Position numbers and translations under genes: made by a program. The notes under the pieces were generated by a model. The model worked only from the letters and a program-made list of their open reading frames with translations, made no database searches and was not told where the DNA came from. From a virus: a DNA stretch of 64,000 nucleotides. Below are positions 42,169 through 53,051 of this stretch, piece by piece (positions within the stretch are counted from its first letter, which is position 1; every line of letters begins with the position of its first letter). The stretch lies in the IMG/VR virus record IMGVR_UViG_3300011921_000005, positions 4,354-68,353 of that record; one strand, 5' to 3'.

Positions 42169-43614
42169 TTAGAATCTACCTTGTGTAGATTGTGCAAGAC
42201 CAGCGTTACCTGTCATGCCTGTGCTGCCACTAAAGGCTGCTCGTTCCATAGACTTTAAACGCTTACGCTTTTCTGCTGCGTCTTGGTTCTGTTTAAGGAA
42301 CTCAGCCTCACCAGTGGCTTGGGTATAATCAATACCTGCTTCACCATAGATGTCGCTAAGTTTTTCAGATGCAGGTAATACGCTCTTAATGTCTGCGTAT
42401 CCTGCTAATGCAGCAGCACGGTCAACACCATAATCAGCAAGACCCAGTGCATCAGTAGCACCCTTAAAGCCTTGTCCAATTGCAGCAGCACCAATCTCAG
42501 ATGCAGTTACCTTACGCTTTAATTCAGGCAAAGCCTGAACTGGATTAAGGAAGTATGAAACTAAATCCTTATCATCAAGAGTTGGGTAGTATGTTTTCAA
42601 CTCTTTCATAATTGTAGGGTCAGCATTTTTTACACGGTCAACTGCTAAACCAATACGGTTTTTAGCCTCAAGCGCTGATACGTCATTACCAATAAGTGTT
42701 GCCATTTGCTGACGTGTAGCAAGATTTTGTACACCGTACTCTTTAAAGTACTGTCCATAATCTTTTTCTTGCTGAAGATATTCACCTTCTGATAGTGCAT
42801 TAAGCCCTGCTTTAACGCGGGCTTCATTGCCAGCAAAGCGCTGCTTATATACACCAAGATTACGCATGCCAAGTATGGCTGCGTTTGGTCCTATGTTAGG
42901 GTCAATGATTGATGATTCAATATAGCCAGATAGTTCGGAAAGTTCCGCATCTGTAAAACCATATGAACGCATAGTATCTTGTACTAATGCAAATGCATCA
43001 CGTTTTTCTGCACGGTCTGCTGCTGCTTTAGCAAGCGCTGCTTGCTCTGCATCATAACGTTCTTTATTATCTTCGGCTTCTTGGTCTTTAATTTTAGTAC
43101 CAGCCTGAAGAAGAGTGCGCTTACCGCTCTTCCATACTTGGTAAATGTCACCCGTAGTAGGGTCAGTATAAGTACTAACTACTGAATCATTTGGGTCTGG
43201 CTCGTCTTCGTTGACTTTCTTGGTAGTAATTGGTCCACCAATTTTACCAGTCTTAGGGTCGTATGTACGCCCAAGTTGCGCAGCCAAAACTTTGTTAGCA
43301 GCAAACTGGTCTGCTTTATCTTTGGCAATTGCTGCTTGTTGTGCTTTTGTTTCCGCTTCAACAGCAGCCTGTCGTTGTTCCGCTGCTTTAATTTGTGATT
43401 CTATTTTAGCAATTTGTGCTTTTGCATCTGCAAGAACCTTAGCAGCATTAGATGCTGCCGTAGGTGTTGAAGTAGGCTTAGGCGCAGGAGATGGCGAAGG
43501 CTTAGGTGCGGGAGTAGGTGTTGGTTTAGGTGTTGGTTTAGGTGCGGTTGCTGCCGCACGTGCTGCATCAGCAGATGTAGCAACAGGCTTTGGTGTTGGT
43601 TTAGGTGATGCCAT
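42169..43614 (-). CDS. Putative internal virion/ejection protein
   Basis: PTPKP repeats, then a domain homologous to 2257..3672 (YKQRFAGN, SEGEYLQ, SEIGAAA). Confidence 0.6.
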   Translation of the reverse strand: MASPKPTPKPVATSADAARAAATAPKPTPKPTPTPAPKPSPSPAPKPTSTPTAASNAAKVLADAKAQIAKIESQIKAAEQRQAAVEAETKAQQAAIAKDKADQFAANKVLAAQLGRTYDPKTGKIGGPITTKKVNEDEPDPNDSVVSTYTDPTTGDIYQVWKSGKRTLLQAGTKIKDQEAEDNKERYDAEQAALAKAAADRAEKRDAFALVQDTMRSYGFTDAELSELSGYIESSIIDPNIGPNAAILGMRNLGVYKQRFAGNEARVKAGLNALSEGEYLQQEKDYGQYFKEYGVQNLATRQQMATLIGNDVSALEAKNRIGLAVDRVKNADPTIMKELKTYYPTLDDKDLVSYFLNPVQALPELKRKVTASEIGAAAIGQGFKGATDALGLADYGVDRAAALAGYADIKSVLPASEKLSDIYGEAGIDYTQATGEAEFLKQNQDAAEKRKRLKSMERAAFSGSTGMTGNAGLAQSTQGRF

Positions 43615-45128
43615 TATCCTACCTTGCCCCATGTCTTGAGTAGAGTATTAATAAAAGATGCTGCCATCTCATTAGCCTTTGGCGTTTTACGCCACTCTGG
43701 TTTAGAACGTACTCCAAGAATGAAGTCGTTGTTAGAGTAAATCTTGTCTCCGCTAATTGCATTCTGTACATCTTGGTCGTATACGTTTACGCTATTGGCT
43801 ACCAATCCGTATTCATTTTCTTTCATACGCTGGAAGTTAGATGCAATATCAGTAACCTTTAAACCCTGGTCAATATATGGAGCAAGGGTCTTAAACTTAA
43901 TCTTGGCTGCCTGCTTAATGCTGTTAGCCTCTTGCTCTAGTCCAGTTGCCATAGCATCAGGGCTAATGCCTGTAGTTACACCACCTGGTTTAACAGCCTG
44001 ACGAGAACGCTGAAGCAAATCGGTATGTGTTAGTTCAATACCATAATCGGCAGCAACTGCACGCAGTTTGCCATATGATGCACCAATAAGTGCACCTGCT
44101 TCTTCAAGGTCATCAGCAGCAGTCTGTGTAATACCAGTACTAAGAACAGTTTTTAATTTTGTTTTAGGGTCTGTTACTACAGCACCATTAACTACAAGAC
44201 CAAGACGCATATCAAGACGGTCTTGTTCAGACATCTGTGTGTATGCAGTAGTATTGCTAGTACGGTTTCCAAAGATGTCAGTTGTGCTAGTGCCTGTGCT
44301 TTGACGCGCTAGTTCAGCCTTGTGCAGGCGCTGCCAGTACTCTTCACGTAAGGCTTTGACTTCATTAACAAGTGCAGGGTCTCCGACATACTGCTTAACA
44401 GTACGGTCAAACTCAGCGTATGCATCTTCTTTAACAGTAAGACCACTAGTACGTGCGCTTTCACTTGTAGGTGAAGCCATAGGAATACGTGTTTGTACAA
44501 ACGAATTAAAGTCATACATTTTGGCTTGCTTATTGCCTTCGGCAATTTGCTTACCAGTGTTGTAGTTGTCTACAGATGCAGCCATCAAAGCCTTCTTGAT
44601 AGCCATTTGGAATCCTAAGTCCTTATCGGTCATAGGTCCAGCAGCAATAGAAGTCTTAAACGCACTCTGTGTAGCGTAGTAAGACTTTAACTGTGTCTTA
44701 AAGTATTCAATGTTTGCACGCGGAATCTGAGCAAGAATCTTGTCAACTTCTGAATCAATGTCTGTTGTAGTAAAACCAATCTGGTCTCCAGCATCACTAA
44801 ACTTTGGCAATACAACAATAGCCTTTGGCTGTGTATTGCTAGCAGTTGGACGTGTAGATACATATGGTTCGTTAGATACAGCACCTGCGCTACCAGCGCT
44901 ATTAAGAACAATAGAGCCATCTGTAAATGCTTTATAGTCTTTTTGAACACCAGTAGGCAACGGCTTAATAGGGTCTGTGCTACCTGTACCTGGAGCACTT
45001 GTGCTAGGTGTAGGGGTAGGAGTCTTTGTTGCTTTAGGTGTAGGCTTTTTAGTAGGTTTAATAGCATTGTTTGCTGCAACAGCAGGACCATATGATGACG
45101 CTGGAGATGGTGTTGGAGGTGTTGTCAT
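43614..45128 (-). CDS. Putative internal virion/ejection protein
   Basis: 504 aa; C-terminus VRSKPEWRKTPKANE matches 3675..5144. Confidence 0.6.
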   Translation of the reverse strand: MTTPPTPSPASSYGPAVAANNAIKPTKKPTPKATKTPTPTPSTSAPGTGSTDPIKPLPTGVQKDYKAFTDGSIVLNSAGSAGAVSNEPYVSTRPTASNTQPKAIVVLPKFSDAGDQIGFTTTDIDSEVDKILAQIPRANIEYFKTQLKSYYATQSAFKTSIAAGPMTDKDLGFQMAIKKALMAASVDNYNTGKQIAEGNKQAKMYDFNSFVQTRIPMASPTSESARTSGLTVKEDAYAEFDRTVKQYVGDPALVNEVKALREEYWQRLHKAELARQSTGTSTTDIFGNRTSNTTAYTQMSEQDRLDMRLGLVVNGAVVTDPKTKLKTVLSTGITQTAADDLEEAGALIGASYGKLRAVAADYGIELTHTDLLQRSRQAVKPGGVTTGISPDAMATGLEQEANSIKQAAKIKFKTLAPYIDQGLKVTDIASNFQRMKENEYGLVANSVNVYDQDVQNAISGDKIYSNNDFILGVRSKPEWRKTPKANEMAASFINTLLKTWGKVG

Positions 45129-45130
45129 CT

Positions 45131-48100
45131 TTATCCCTTACTCATTGCTACAGTTGGAGTTGTATATACATCATCAATCAAAGGTTTGATAATGCTTTGG
45201 TATGCTTCAGTTAGCGGAGCATTGCCCGCTGCAAAGTTCTTAAGGTATTCAAGACCTTCATCACGTACTTTATTAACGGTTTCTTCACCGTTGAATTGTG
45301 AGCGTACATTGGTATCTTCTAATACCATTAACATACGGTTTGCTAATGCTGTCATTTGAGCCATCTGCAAACGCTGACCCTTAGGTAACTTGTCAAAGTA
45401 CTTAGGGTTATTAACCATCTGGTCTAGGTGGTTAAAGCGAGTAATTAACTCTTGACGTGGAATAACTGGATTAGTACCCAATTGAAGGGCTAACGCTGGG
45501 TTAGCCTGCTTCATAGCAAACTTAATATCACGTGCTTGACGCAAGACTTCTGAACGGTATGTTGCATAGTTGCGGTCTGGGTTATTAGGGTCATTAAACA
45601 ATGCCTGAACCTGACGGTCTACGTTATAGAAATCATTACGTGCACGAACCGTTGCTATATCAAGAAGGTAACGCTTGAGTACCCCACCATTATCATTAAA
45701 CGGGTTAGTCTTGCCAGGGATAATATCCGCTGCTTCAAGATACTTAACTACAGATGGGTCGTACTTACCAATGTTAGGAGCAAACACCCAAGCAACATCT
45801 GAGTAATCACGGAGCAATTCCGTGTTCTTCATAGTCCATAACTTAGTTTCTTTGGTGTATGAAATGGCTGCTTTAGCAGCCTTATTGTTTGCGCCTACAG
45901 TGTAAATCAACTTATCTGGATTAGACGCCGTAAACATTGATACTGCTGTACCAATAGGGTCATCCATATAGTAACCGTACTTAGAGTTAACATCAAGAAC
46001 AGCGCGAAGTATATCGCTAAACTCTTGACGGAAACTAAGAATACCTACTTTGCGTAGTTCATTTGGAAAATCAGGGTCATTAGTACTAAGGCTTGTAGGC
46101 ACAATAGTATTAAAACCAACCTTAACAGAAATAAGATTGTGTGCTGCAATACCTAAACGGTCATAGTATTGCTGTACCTTTTCTGCATTTTCCCAGTCTT
46201 CTGGCTTCATCTTTGTAGTGCCAGATACTTCTAGGTTAGCAGCCGCTTGCATAAGCGTAGTAGCCTGAATACCAGTTTTGTGTTCTGGGTCAAACTGTGC
46301 CCATGCATTACTTAACATAACTGGAACTATTGAACGTGCCCATGTAGTGTTATCTGAACCTGGACCAAGAACAATATTGTCAATGTTATCTGCAACCTTA
46401 AGGATTGTTTCATTACCTAGTTCACGTCCAATGACGTTAAACAAAGCCTTAACAGTAAGGGCTGGGATAGCAATAGTAGGACCAGTAAGTGATGGAACAC
46501 CTGCTGCATCATTGTATGATGGGTTAAGTAAAGATATTTTTGCGCTGTATTGGTTCCACTGTGGCTGCTTAAAGAAGTCCCAGTTACCTTGTGCTAGATT
46601 AACAGCAGCCTTTACAGGGTCTGTTAGCGCAGTAAGGGCAGGTGCAACCATGCCCCAGATAATGCCATCATTAGGAACCATTACATACTGGTTGCCCTTA
46701 TCATCTGTATATACAACACCAGAGCCAGACATTGCTTGGCTCAAGTGACCCGTACGGTAGATAACCTTGTCAGGGTGTGCAATAAGATAACGTGTATAAC
46801 GGCGGATATAGTCTTCAGATGCACGGTAGAAACGTCCAACACCACGTAGATTCCACGCCATTTGTGAGCGTACATCTGGGTTATCAGCATACTTCATTAG
46901 TTCATCAGCAGCATTGTGCGTAGCACGGCTATCAAAGAATAGGTCAGCCTGCAATCTAGCAGCATCTTCATCTGCACCGCGAGCAATAAGGTCTTTGACC
47001 ATTTGTGCTTCATCACCCTGCATCTTGCTGCGTTGCTCCATTACCTTGATACCAAATGCATCAGCACGGTACAAATCGGTAAGTTGCTTGTCCATCATCT
47101 TCCACGGAATCTCACCAAACTTCTTGAATGCGCTTTCAGCGCTATCAATAAGCCCAGGAAAATCGTATTGAGTCTTTAACATACCCTGAATTGGGTAGTC
47201 TTTAACTAATACTTCAAAGTCTGAATAAGGCATCTGGCTGACATGGTAGGAAGGTGACTTCATACGTGCTTCATAAGCACGGCGAGCCTTCTCTGTGTCT
47301 GCATTCTTAGGCAATGGCTTGCCTGCATAGTCACGTAGGTATTCGTCTGACTTCTGGAAGTCGCTGCGCTTTTTAATCTTTTCAGCAGCCTCATCCAACT
47401 TACCACGAATAGCATCTATAAGTGGACGATTAAATGTTTCAGCAGAACCGTGGAATACTACATACAATTCACCCATGCTCTTGCGTACAATTGCATCTGT
47501 AATCTGTGAAGCAGACTTACCTGCTGCACGTAATCCAAATGTCTGACCAAAGCGACCATTAAATCGCTTGATAGATGTAAGCAACTGCTCTTGTGTAATA
47601 ACTTTTTCAAAATCTGTACCAGGGTTAAGTACCTTGTCTACAACAACCCAAGAACCGTCAGACTTTTTAGTCCAACCAATTAGTTCCATAATCTCATCTG
47701 TATAAGCAGCACCATCAGCAGCGGTCTCAAGACCGTTGTGCTTGATAAACAAAGAACCAAAGTCAATGACTGGACCATATGATGTTTTAAATACGTTCTT
47801 ACCAAAGTAACGGTAGAAAGCGTCATAGTGAACAGCAGTACGCTCTGATGTTGTGAGCATCATCTTCTCATCAGTAAGGAACTCGCCCATATCCTTACGA
47901 CCCCACTCTTCAACAGCCTCTGTGAGTGGTGACTTGCCGTACATTTCAGCCTGAATTGAACCTTCAACCATAGTGTTACCAAATGAACGTGCTACTTGTG
48001 ACTGCACCATGCCTTCAGTGGCATGTGAGTTGTTCATAAGGTGTGTTGCTAGCCAGCGTTGTTCTTGTTCAGACAACTTACCAGCATACTTAGCAATAAC

Positions 48101-50614
48101 CATGTTGGCTAAACGCTCTTCGTATGTACCGCCAAAGTATTCATCAGCAGAAACTAACTGCTGACGTTCAATAACCTTGCCGTTAGGCAATGTGTAACTA
48201 GCATCAACCATCTGAGGCTGCTGCATAGCACGGCGTTGAGCAGGAGATACGTACTCTGCTGGGTTTTTGCCAGCAACAGAAAGCAATTTGCTCTTTACAA
48301 GACCGTAAGTTTCAGTACTTCCACGGTATGCAGCAACTGTGTTAGAGATTGCAGCGCCTTTGCCAGTAAGAAACGCAAAAATTGAACTTGGTTGCTGTGT
48401 CATAGCAGCAATTGTGCCTTCATCAACAGCAGACTTAAGACCTAACTTAGGAAATAGCGTTAACTTAGTCCAGCCATTCATAAGAACCTGTGCCCAAGCA
48501 GCATTAGTTAGTTCACTAATACCAAAGTGGCGGCGTAAACCAGCATTTAATGTAACGTTGCTGTGTACCCACTCTGCAATTTCATTAAAGTTAGGCATAG
48601 ACACACCTTCAGTGGTGTGTAGAATCTGACTTGGACCCGTAGGTACGTCAATCATTCCTTCGGAAAGCAAATGCTCTGGCATTTTAATATCTGAGATTGG
48701 ACCCATACCCTTGATAGGGGCAAAGATAGACTCTAGCCATGCACGCTGTACGTCTAATCCCTTAACAGTTGAGGCTAAACCTATCTTGTCTGTATAAAGT
48801 TTAAACATAGAGAAAAGCATATTGATACGCTCTTCTGGAGTAACGCGTAGGTAACGCTCTGTAAGAAGGTTGGCTCTAAACTTATCGCCAATGATTACAC
48901 GTGCAAAGTCACGAAACGCTCCAGCAGACTTAATAACCATGCCGTCTTCTGTATAAAGCATTACGTTAGTTGGGTGCTTAGACATTGCTGCGTTGTACGC
49001 ACTTTGTAGTCTATTGCCACTAGTAGTAAGAGACTTAATAACTTCATCTTGCTTAGGGTCTATGAGTCGGAACTCAGGACGGTCAGCAAAGTACTTATCA
49101 AATGCCTTAGCACTTTCTAGCACTTCTTCTGGAATAGGGTCTTTACCAGCAGCAACACGGCGTTCAACGCCGTTGAATATCTGGTCAAAAGTTTCTTTAA
49201 TGCCTGTAGTAATTTTACGTGTAGAACGTTCAATGGCTACGTGGTTTTCTGTGTAGTAACGTGAGCCTTCTACGCGACCAGAGATAATATAGTTCATATG
49301 CTCGCCCTGCTCAAAGAACTTAATTATTGTAGGCAGGTCAGTAATTGGAACTAATTTTTCTTCGTCATTAAGTACTTTAGTTTTCTGTAAAAGATTTAAT
49401 ACGCCTTCGTCATCATACTTAGGATAATCACGAGCAATACGCATACGAGCAACAGCGGCTTCAGCATCATTACCTGCCTCACGTGCAGTACGTAACGCAA
49501 CAATTTCTTTGGCTAGACCATCATGTAGCGCTGCTACTTGTGGGTCTGCAAACAAATCTAGTACGCGAGTAGCGTTGTTGTTTTTTCCAGCGTTAACAAA
49601 TGTCTCTGCAAGTTTTTCAGACTTAAGAACAGCCTTGCTGCTACCACCAGTAAGCCACGTTAGTGGGTCAACTGCAATCTGGTAGGCAAAGTTAATTGTT
49701 CCTGAAGGAGAAACATACTTGTCTTTAGAAAATGGATTAGGGTTAGCAATAACCCACTTATCAATTTCTTTAGACTTTTCAAATGCACGATAACCTTCAG
49801 TATCAACAGTGCCAGTAAGTGCACTAAGGCTTAGCGGAATAAGTGACCATAGGCTACCCTCTGAAGGTGGGTGTTCCTTGTTCATCCAGTTTGTAAAGTC
49901 GTTACCTGGATTAACCTGACCAGCCTTGTGCTCAGCAAATGCTGTCTTCCACTCTGTGCCATTTTCAGACATCTTGCGGACAGCACTAATCATCTGGTTA
50001 TCTAGTGGACCATACTCACGAAGAATGTCGCCTGGCTTTTTGCCATCAATAATTCCACGGATAAGATAACTGTCGGCTTTACCGTACTTGCCCTCAAGTT
50101 GCTTGAGCATTTTGGTATCCCACTGGTTGTGACCATCCCAAGCATCTGTCCAAGTTTTTCTTGCAAGCAGATTTTTAAAGTCACCAGATGTAGGTTTTTG
50201 GTCATCAAGTACGTTAGATAACATTTTATACGGAAGGTTAATACCTTTGTAATATGTATCAGCAACATCAAATACCATACGGAATGGCTCGGTTACTGTT
50301 TGAAGAGCAGCCTTACCAAGCATGCCAAGAATACTTGGCGGTGCTTTTTGATATGTAGCACCTTCGTTAATAAACATAAGACCCTGTTTAATCTGTGGGT
50401 CTAGTTTGTTGTATGCTTCCCATGCTTTACCAGCATCAGTAATACGTGTAAGTTCGCGGTCTTTATTTAAAAGACGCTGAATGTTTTCCTGAATAGCACG
50501 TTCTTCTTGTGTGGGCTGTCCCGCAAGGGAGGCTGCATACAGCGTTGGGTTTTTTGTTGCAAGAACGTTATTAACAGGTTGAGGTATTGGCTGATTAGGA
50601 TTTATCAGAGACAT
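45131..50614 (-). CDS. Very large putative ejection protein (1827 aa)
   Basis: Positional equivalent of 5537..11221; only weak sequence similarity visible. Confidence 0.6.
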   Translation of the reverse strand: MSLINPNQPIPQPVNNVLATKNPTLYAASLAGQPTQEERAIQENIQRLLNKDRELTRITDAGKAWEAYNKLDPQIKQGLMFINEGATYQKAPPSILGMLGKAALQTVTEPFRMVFDVADTYYKGINLPYKMLSNVLDDQKPTSGDFKNLLARKTWTDAWDGHNQWDTKMLKQLEGKYGKADSYLIRGIIDGKKPGDILREYGPLDNQMISAVRKMSENGTEWKTAFAEHKAGQVNPGNDFTNWMNKEHPPSEGSLWSLIPLSLSALTGTVDTEGYRAFEKSKEIDKWVIANPNPFSKDKYVSPSGTINFAYQIAVDPLTWLTGGSSKAVLKSEKLAETFVNAGKNNNATRVLDLFADPQVAALHDGLAKEIVALRTAREAGNDAEAAVARMRIARDYPKYDDEGVLNLLQKTKVLNDEEKLVPITDLPTIIKFFEQGEHMNYIISGRVEGSRYYTENHVAIERSTRKITTGIKETFDQIFNGVERRVAAGKDPIPEEVLESAKAFDKYFADRPEFRLIDPKQDEVIKSLTTSGNRLQSAYNAAMSKHPTNVMLYTEDGMVIKSAGAFRDFARVIIGDKFRANLLTERYLRVTPEERINMLFSMFKLYTDKIGLASTVKGLDVQRAWLESIFAPIKGMGPISDIKMPEHLLSEGMIDVPTGPSQILHTTEGVSMPNFNEIAEWVHSNVTLNAGLRRHFGISELTNAAWAQVLMNGWTKLTLFPKLGLKSAVDEGTIAAMTQQPSSIFAFLTGKGAAISNTVAAYRGSTETYGLVKSKLLSVAGKNPAEYVSPAQRRAMQQPQMVDASYTLPNGKVIERQQLVSADEYFGGTYEERLANMVIAKYAGKLSEQEQRWLATHLMNNSHATEGMVQSQVARSFGNTMVEGSIQAEMYGKSPLTEAVEEWGRKDMGEFLTDEKMMLTTSERTAVHYDAFYRYFGKNVFKTSYGPVIDFGSLFIKHNGLETAADGAAYTDEIMELIGWTKKSDGSWVVVDKVLNPGTDFEKVITQEQLLTSIKRFNGRFGQTFGLRAAGKSASQITDAIVRKSMGELYVVFHGSAETFNRPLIDAIRGKLDEAAEKIKKRSDFQKSDEYLRDYAGKPLPKNADTEKARRAYEARMKSPSYHVSQMPYSDFEVLVKDYPIQGMLKTQYDFPGLIDSAESAFKKFGEIPWKMMDKQLTDLYRADAFGIKVMEQRSKMQGDEAQMVKDLIARGADEDAARLQADLFFDSRATHNAADELMKYADNPDVRSQMAWNLRGVGRFYRASEDYIRRYTRYLIAHPDKVIYRTGHLSQAMSGSGVVYTDDKGNQYVMVPNDGIIWGMVAPALTALTDPVKAAVNLAQGNWDFFKQPQWNQYSAKISLLNPSYNDAAGVPSLTGPTIAIPALTVKALFNVIGRELGNETILKVADNIDNIVLGPGSDNTTWARSIVPVMLSNAWAQFDPEHKTGIQATTLMQAAANLEVSGTTKMKPEDWENAEKVQQYYDRLGIAAHNLISVKVGFNTIVPTSLSTNDPDFPNELRKVGILSFRQEFSDILRAVLDVNSKYGYYMDDPIGTAVSMFTASNPDKLIYTVGANNKAAKAAISYTKETKLWTMKNTELLRDYSDVAWVFAPNIGKYDPSVVKYLEAADIIPGKTNPFNDNGGVLKRYLLDIATVRARNDFYNVDRQVQALFNDPNNPDRNYATYRSEVLRQARDIKFAMKQANPALALQLGTNPVIPRQELITRFNHLDQMVNNPKYFDKLPKGQRLQMAQMTALANRMLMVLEDTNVRSQFNGEETVNKVRDEGLEYLKNFAAGNAPLTEAYQSIIKPLIDDVYTTPTVAMSKG

Positions 50615-51024
50615 TACGCCAAGTTAATTCTATTGTAGATAGCCTCTAATTGACCAGTCGGGTCATTCTTCATCATGTTATAAATAACAGATGCAGGGTC
50701 TGGTGGTTGAATACCACGAATACCAGTTAAGTCTAGCCCTGGTCCCATACCATAATCTGCACCAGCAGAGATAGGTTCATCTGGAAACATTGTAGGAGCA
50801 TCTAAAGGAATAACATCAAATGCATCTGGCATTCCTGCCATTGGTGCACCAGCCTGTTGGTCATTTAGCGCTTTGTTTTCACCATATTGAAAGCCTGTAT
50901 ATTGCTGCATTGGCTGTTGCATTCCATCAATTGCACCACCATCTGTGCGCTGCGAAAGCGCACCTGGTCCTGATACAGGTGCTGGATTTTCAGGTTGACG
51001 ATAACCACCGTGTCCGTTAGCCAT
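50614..51024 (-). CDS. Conserved hypothetical protein after portal
   Basis: Homologue of 11218..11670. Confidence 0.7.
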   Translation of the reverse strand: MANGHGGYRQPENPAPVSGPGALSQRTDGGAIDGMQQPMQQYTGFQYGENKALNDQQAGAPMAGMPDAFDVIPLDAPTMFPDEPISAGADYGMGPGLDLTGIRGIQPPDPASVIYNMMKNDPTGQLEAIYNRINLA

Positions 51025-51263
51025 TAGTCTTCGTCCTCCTCATCAATATGATTTCTAATATCATCTAGTGTTGGTTGCTGCACCCATGTAGGATATGATT
51101 CAGGTGTAGCAATTAACCACAACGCATCATCTCTACTAAAACCTGAGCGGCGTAATGATTTAAAATATTCATTTAACCAGATTGAATGTTCATCTAGTTT
51201 TGTATATTCTCTTTCTTCAACTTTGCGTCTACGAGTAACTGGCTTCTTCTTAGGGGTTGCCAT
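51024..51263 (-). CDS. Hypothetical protein
   Basis: 79 aa; SD AAGGAG; basic N-terminus. Confidence 0.65.
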   Translation of the reverse strand: MATPKKKPVTRRRKVEEREYTKLDEHSIWLNEYFKSLRRSGFSRDDALWLIATPESYPTWVQQPTLDDIRNHIDEEDED

Positions 51264-51273
51264 TGTTTACTCC

Positions 51274-53043
51274 TTATCTTGGACGCTTGTTACTAATCTG
51301 TGCACTAGAGCGAGCAGCACCGCTGCCTGTCATTGTGCTAAGTAATGTTTGTAATTCTGGTTTTGCTGGAGGCATAGCCGCTCCACCTGGAGCGCCTCCT
51401 ACTGGTGGTTCACCAGGAGCAGAGGGGACAGGTTGCTCAACTGATTCAGCAGCACCAGCAGGAGGATTCTCAGGTGTGAACACATCTTCAATTGCCTCTT
51501 CAATGGATACACCCTTCTTACGTGCTTTGATTACATCTGCAATCTGTCGCACTAAGTTAGATGGGTCTTGTCCTTGCATAGCCATTTGAGGAATTGCTTG
51601 TGTCATCTGCTGGAGTGAGCCAACAAGAGCCTCTCGCATTTTTTCAATTTCTATCTTCTCTTGCTCTAGTGTTACGTTAACTCCAAATGGAAGTTCACGC
51701 ATAGCCATATCCTTAGAGATAAGACCGCCACCTAAAGCCTGAAGCATAAAAATCAAACCTTGTGCTGGGTTAAGACCAGCGAGCATTCCGTAACGTACAT
51801 CTGCGGAATAATCTTTTTTGATGTCTTTGCTTGGCAAGTATGTAAGAACATACGGTGAGCCTGCATCTACACCACGAATAGTTTTTTCAACATTAAAGAG
51901 TGCTTCATCTGCTTTGAAGCAAAGCGTGATTACATCACGAAGCGCAGCGGCTAAGATAGCCTGCGCAGATTTTACTTGAGTATCAAATGCACCAAGTAGT
52001 GCTTGTACACCCTGTCCAGTGACAATGCTTGCATTAACGTTACCAGTACGAGACTCTGGGTAACGAGCGCCAACGCGTAGTTCTTGGTTAAGAATATTCT
52101 GCTCAGTAAATGCGCCTTGTGGAAGTGTAAGTTCTACACGGCGTACGCCTGCTGGATTTGCCGTACGAATAACAGCATCTCCACCAAGTTGTAGTTCCTG
52201 GACATCTTGTGGCAAAACAATTGGTGCTTGTACTGACTTCTCTGCTGCCTCCATTGCAAGTAATGCAAATCGGTTGCGAAGCAACTGAATACCAAGTACG
52301 TCATCAAACTGTCCACGCAATTCACCATCTACAGATGGTCGCTTTGCGATAACAACATTCATAATGCCAAGTGGGTTTACCGCTTGAGATAGAAGCATGT
52401 TGTTTCGGGATGGGAGGTATAGCACAGACTGGTCTTTGTCATAGTAGCGAATCATCTCTACCATGCCATTGAGGTCTTGCTTCCAACCTAACTTGCCTAG
52501 AAGTTCATACTCATGTTCTGGGAACATAGCCACTAGTTCACCTAATGTCATTGAGTATCGTTTTGCAAAAGCAACGCAACGTCCGTAGCGGTCAAACTCT
52601 GGGTAAGCACCTACTGGGTTTTCTAGTCGGATACGTGGCATTTGCGCTTCTTCATCCAGTTCAATAATGAACGGGAGGAATCCATATGTGATGTACATGT
52701 CTGCACCGTTGTACATCTGTACTTGCAAATCTGAGTGCTCAAAGTAATTTGATGCAATGCGGGTACGCTTGTCAGCAAAGTTACGAGCACGGTCATTAGT
52801 TTGGTTAGCAGCAGAGCAGTTAACCGCTGGAAGCGGTGCAATAACTTCAGACAAGTCGCGTGCAACAATGTCAATAAAGTTAGCAACTACGTTCTGGTCA
52901 ATGCCATCTGGAAAGAAGTTAGGGTAAACCTGTGAGATTTTTCCCTGACGTACCATCTGCACGTCACCGTTGCGCTGGTCGCGCCCATTGGCGCGGTAGC
53001 GTAGCGTGCTAACACGTGCACCAATCTGGTCAATGCTTAGCAT
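51274..53043 (-). CDS. Portal protein, phage Y
   Basis: ANFIDIVARDLSEVIAPLP, GQFDDVL; homologue of 11991..13820. Confidence 0.85.
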   Translation of the reverse strand: MLSIDQIGARVSTLRYRANGRDQRNGDVQMVRQGKISQVYPNFFPDGIDQNVVANFIDIVARDLSEVIAPLPAVNCSAANQTNDRARNFADKRTRIASNYFEHSDLQVQMYNGADMYITYGFLPFIIELDEEAQMPRIRLENPVGAYPEFDRYGRCVAFAKRYSMTLGELVAMFPEHEYELLGKLGWKQDLNGMVEMIRYYDKDQSVLYLPSRNNMLLSQAVNPLGIMNVVIAKRPSVDGELRGQFDDVLGIQLLRNRFALLAMEAAEKSVQAPIVLPQDVQELQLGGDAVIRTANPAGVRRVELTLPQGAFTEQNILNQELRVGARYPESRTGNVNASIVTGQGVQALLGAFDTQVKSAQAILAAALRDVITLCFKADEALFNVEKTIRGVDAGSPYVLTYLPSKDIKKDYSADVRYGMLAGLNPAQGLIFMLQALGGGLISKDMAMRELPFGVNVTLEQEKIEIEKMREALVGSLQQMTQAIPQMAMQGQDPSNLVRQIADVIKARKKGVSIEEAIEDVFTPENPPAGAAESVEQPVPSAPGEPPVGGAPGGAAMPPAKPELQTLLSTMTGSGAARSSAQISNKRPR

Positions 53044-53051
53044 TTAGTATC